A DNA stretch of 48,974 nucleotides, counting the filler, from Dirinaria sp. TL-2023a (lineage: Eukaryota), in NCBI GenBank assembly GCA_051941275.1. It is 2 parts of 2 records of this genome, joined end to end, with 100 filler letters (N's around TTAATTAATTAA, not from the genome) between each part and the next. Parts side by side here need not be neighbours in the genome. Positions count along the whole stretch, not along the records: positions 24,554 to 48,974 come from JAVEBF010000188.1; 1 more part is not named here. One strand, 5' to 3'. Both the position numbers and the translations under genes were made by a program. Shown here one piece after another: positions 44,528 to 48,974 of the stretch (the stretch's first letter is position 1; each line of letters starts with the position of its first letter). The notes under the pieces are model-generated. The model had not been told where the DNA came from. It made no database searches and worked only from the letters and a program-made list of their open reading frames with translations.

Positions 44528-47430
44528 ATGGCAGACCGGCAGCGGTCCCCATCGAACCGGGGCTCGTCCTCAAGCTCATCCGGAGAACGAAGCGTGCCCA
44601 CAAAATCGCCAGAAGCCTCCAAAAACCGACGTCGCCAGCCCTTACCTGACATCTCATCCATGCAGGCACCTCAGAACCCATCCTCAACCCAACAAGGCCC
44701 ATCCGCTCGTTCAAGGACATCCGAAGCTTTCCTACTCCCTGCGCTACCTCAACCACGTGAGTCCTACCAGCCATCTCCGTCCAGCGCAAAGGTCGCTATC
44801 CCTCGACTGCGGAGGGATAGCAACAACTCCCCAGCATCCACTGTTGAAAAGCAGCGCGTGTCCCACGCTTGTGAACCTTGCAGGCAAAGAAAGACAAAAT
44901 GTAGTGGGGAGAGGCCGGTGTGTAAACACTGCGAAGATTTTAAGATTACTTGCCTTTACGTAGATGGGAAGCGGGATAGGACTAGAAAGTAATGATCTCA
45001 GGTTCAGTTGTCTAAGTCGACACACGATGAGGCTTACATTACAGCAGAGAAATCGGGCAGATGGCAGAAAAGCTTGAAGACTATGAGAATCTCTTGCGGG
45101 ATTTGAGCTTCCGTGCATCGGCTGACGATCAGTCGCGAATCCGTAGATTGATGCAGAAGGCAAGCTCTACCTCTAGCAGATGAGACCACGTCGTGCTGAC
45201 GAAGTCAAGGAGCCATCGCATGAGCCGTGTGATACCCAGTCTATAGCAAGTTCTAGAACCGTTACTGACCGGGAAAGCAGCGCCGCTGGTGGAGAAACCC
45301 GAGTATCGGCACGAGCGGGCTCTACGGGTTCGATGGACACCGTCGATCAAGACCTCAATAGAAGCGCTGCTACTCGAGCAACAGGCTTCTTGGGAAAGAA
45401 TTCCGAGGTTGTGTGGATGCGGCGCCTCAGCCGACTGGCCGCATCGGCATCGACCAGCGACGACAGCGAGAGTGGGTCAGGACGACAGGAGTCGATGGAC
45501 AACACGAAGGATAGTGTTCCTCGTGTCAGCGACTCGACCTATCATTGTGATGATCTATCCATCGTCGTCGCTGATCAGGTTGATATCTTTGAGTTGCCAC
45601 CAAAGCATGTTGCCGACGCCCTTTTCCAGGCCTATCTGGAAACTGTTCAGCCCGCCTTTCCCATTCTCCGCAAGTCGACCTTTCTCAACCAATACAACAT
45701 CTTCTTGAACAGCCCGGCCGTAGACACAGGAAGCAACTGGCGAGCAATCCTCAACCTGGTCTTTGCGATTGCTGCCAAGTATTTCCACCTTGTTCAAGCT
45801 GAGTCAAGGGGCGACGAGCGAGATCACCTCATCTATTTCACTAGAGCTCGTATGTTAGGTTTCAATGGGGACAGTATATTAGCCCACCCGGAGCTGCAGC
45901 AAGTACAGATTGCGGGGTTGATGGCTTTCTACCTCACTGCAATTGATCAAATAAACAGGTTAGTCCGCCTCTAAACGCCTATGCTCACGTAGACAGGTAA
46001 GCACTGACTCGGCACTCTACAGAGCGTGGGCTATAAGCGGCATAGCTATTCGACAAGCTGCTACTTTAGGTCTGAACCTGAGAAATGAAGACAAAAAGAT
46101 CCTTAGTCCCTCCAAAGAAATCCGTTACCGTGTTTGGTGGGCTCTTTGTTCAACCGAGAGAATGCTAGGTGTCATGACAGGACGCAGGTCTTCGGTCCTC
46201 GAAGCTGATTGTTCTACCCCTTTGCCGGTGCCGATCGACGAAGAATCACTCCCCAAAGGGCATGGGCAGCCTGGTGACGATGGTTCTGTGTTAAAAGATC
46301 TCACATTGCACCCTAGCCAAGGATCCAGGGAATTCGACCCGCCATCGACTACTTCAGCTAGCCCATCCAAGTATTCCGACGACGTCGTAGAGAAGTCACC
46401 TCCGTCATCGCAGCACAGGTCCAGTGGATCGGTGGCTCCTAACGATGCTCTGTTCTTTCTATGTCACACGAAACTAAGCATCGTTACGACTGCAGTCTTG
46501 AGCCAACTATACTCCGCGAGCGCCTCGAATCGTTCATGGGCTGATACACAGGACAGCATTGCAAAGCTTGATGCCGAGGTTGAGCGTTGGCGGCAGAGCC
46601 TCCCGCATCCCTTTGATTTTACCAAGAAGCAGCGAGAACAGCGCTTCATCCGTCAACGCATCAGCCTAGGGTTCTTCTACTACAGTACAAAGACGATCAT
46701 CAACCGCCCGTGCCTTTGTATGGTTGACCGCCGGATTCCGCACGAGTCTGGTAAAGCCAAGGACTTCAATCGAGTTGCTGCTGCACGCTGTGTTCACGCA
46801 GCCAGGGACCTTATGGAGATGCTACCAAACGAGCCAAATGCCATTGGACTGTATCGGGTTTCACCTTGGTGGTGTCTAGTGCACCACCTTGTGCAAGCAG
46901 CCACGGTGTTGATGACTGAGCTTTCTTTTCGAGCTCACCACATGCCCAATGAAGCAGACGAGATTCTAGAAGCAGCCAAGAAAGCTGTCTACTGGCTCAG
47001 AAGCATGGCAGAAGACAACATGGCAGCATTCCGTGCTTGGAGACTGTGCAATCCTCTTCTACGAAAATTGGCCCTGAAAGTAGGAAGGGATGCCACGGAT
47101 TTGCCAGATAACGTACCAGGAGATGGTGCTAAATTCGGGCTTTCGAATGCTGCCCAGAGCGTTTCTCCCTCAAATCTCCCGGCACAGGTAGGTCCACAAG
47201 GCTACTATGCAGGCGGACCTTCGGATGAGCTACCGCTGCCCTTGGAAATGTATTCAACTTATGACGAGTTTCTGACTGGCGGTACTGCGAGTATGCCATC
47301 ATTTCCTCGCCAGTATAGCTCCATGTTCCCGTCGACAACTCAGATGGACGGAATGATATCTGGCCAAGACAATGTCGATGGGCTCTTCGCCGAGCAGGAG
47401 CAGTGGGATGTGGATGGTCTCGACCCGTAG
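44528..47430 (+). CDS. Zn2Cys6 transcription factor; exons 44528-44988, 45048-45159, 45210-45958, 46023-47430
   Basis: VAIPRL, RVSHACEPCRQRKTKCSGERPVCKHCEDFKITCLY..GKRD, RATGFLGKNSEVVWMRRL, IN|RAWAISGIAIRQA..LGLNLRN, RVWWAL, PWWCLVHHLVQA. The second intron is modelled as GC-AG. Confidence 0.9.
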
Positions 47431-47741
47431 CGCGGCGTTTTCAAGCTCAATTTGCTCAAGTTCGAACTTCCTGCTGAGCATGCATCTGTGGCTGCTTTTT
47501 CAAAGATATCTTTTTTCCTACTACGAGCCGTCTTTTCAGAATCTAGAGCGAGCTTAAACTGTGCGCGTGTCGAGGTGAGTAACAACATGCGTTAGCTCCT
47601 GCAAGGGCTCCATCTCCACATTCCATTCCCAGCCTTCACTGTTTACGTACCACAAGGCACGAGAATGCCTCTTGCGGCCAGCACTTCAACTGTGATATCC
47701 TCCCCTAAACGCTTTCGTTTGGGCCGCACATCATCTCAATC

Positions 47742-48974
47742 ATGCGGCCCTCTTTTCCTTCGTTTCCGATAGCCTACTTGCTTCTAACATTATTGTCGGC
47801 CTTCTTGATCTACGCAGCCCCACAAGTAGCATCTGGCGATGATGCTGCTGCAGCAGCAGCGACCTCGACGCTGACCCTTCCTGGCTGGACCTCGACCGTC
47901 ACAGCACTAACGTTCTTCACACCTTCTTCAGGCGCTGAACCAATCCCCATAACCTCGCAAAGCCAACTCGTCACATCCTACGTCCCCGTTCTAACCGTCT
48001 GCCCCTATGCACCCTCGTTTCCGGCCTTGGTCACTGCAGCAGCAAATGCTTCCCTGCCAGGAAACACTTCTGTCATACCTAGCGCAGCTACCAGACCTAC
48101 GGCCGTTGCCTCTAATGTCTCAGGTCTCTACCGCCGACAAGCAGCCGCGAGCAGCGCTCCGTACGCCAATTCCAGCGCTCCGACCAGCTACCTGACTTCC
48201 TGCTCAGTCTCCTACACGCCTACCACAACGCAGATCTGCCATACCACACTCTCGCCGCTCGCAAGCCCAGTGATTCCAGTTACGGACTGTGAGCAGCAAA
48301 TCACGTTCAGTACCGATCACGGATATACCGTCATCCCAGGCAACCGGACCGTGAACGTGCAAGGTTTGACGACATATTACGCCGCGCAATGGGACGATAT
48401 TGCGACGGGCGTACCGCAGGGAGGGATCCAGAAGGAGGTGTGCAGTACAACAAGCGGATGCAGCACGGAATGGGAAGCGTGGAGCACAGGTGTGGTAAGA
48501 AAATCTCCTCCCATGTCACTATTATTATAATATCTTGAGCCGTTTTCGCTGACAATCCCTTGCAAGGGCTGGGTGCCTGAAATATACACGTTCGAAGTGG
48601 GCCCTCCTGTCAGCGTCACTGGCGTAAGACATCCTCTCTTACCTCCCTCCTCCCGCATTATCCAACTTATGCATAACACTAACTTTTTTTTTCTCCCCTC
48701 TCTTTTCCCGTCATAGCCCGCAGTTGTAATCCTCCACCCTGCTCTCCCCACAATGACCATCCCCGATGGCATCGTCTCACCCATCTCCATCTCTACCACC
48801 TTCCCCGCAAGCACCAACATACCGACCACGACCATCAACAAGTCGCCACTCAGCTCTGCTGCAGCTGCTTCTGCATCGCCTAGCGCGGCGGCGGCGAGCA
48901 CCACTACGACTACCCATACGAATACTTTTACTAGGGTTTTGACTGTGCAGGGGGCTTTGGGGACGGGGTTCTAG
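47742..48974 (+). CDS. Secreted Ser/Thr/Ala-rich, cysteine-containing protein; exons 47742-48494, 48567-48623, 48717-48974
   Basis: Hydrophobic signal peptide, a Kex2-like YRRQ site, conserved-looking Cys segments (ICHTTLSPLASPVIPVTDCEQQITFS..YYAAQW), two GT-AG introns that keep the frame, and TAG at the last three bases of the window. Confidence 0.78.

Noticed and set aside
45991..46022. CAG|GTAAGC inside intron 3 of the C6 gene (recursive splice point or stwintron)
   Set aside because: The second piece would be only 26 nt, too short for a fungal intron.

Overview
Eukaryotic DNA from a filamentous ascomycete (Pezizomycotina): genes carry short GT-AG introns with CTRAC/CTAAT branch sites, and the gene set is fungal. 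CAND1 is one unsplit gene, which argues against Eurotiales. The window consists of two pieces joined at 24454-24553 by an artificial 100-bp spacer (N44-TTAATTAATTAA-N44), so adjacency across it is not evidence. Left piece: 3' end of an amidohydrolase, an Ldb19/Art1-like arrestin, an orphan repeat protein with a five-intron upstream region, a small membrane protein head-to-head with GPI12/PIG-L, a hypothetical protein, a CorA transporter with GQN in place of GMN, a PLAC8 protein, an RGS-plus-transmembrane protein, a four-exon probable mitochondrial protein missed by the ORF track, and CAND1. Right piece: a hypothetical protein, pacC with a dense array of its own binding sites, an Asg1/Mut3-like Zn2Cys6 factor, DBP8, an FHA-forkhead factor, a second Zn2Cys6 factor with a GC-AG intron, and a secreted Ser/Thr-rich protein. 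I found no tRNA, rRNA, CRISPR array or recognisable transposon. The most interesting unexplained signals are two stem-rich intergenic regions that may be unannotated structured RNAs (about 12440-13142 and 9035-9336), the five-intron leader with a decayed repeat tail around the orphan gene, and in-frame alternative splicing in pacC. All exon models and base pairings were derived by eye and are not experimentally confirmed.
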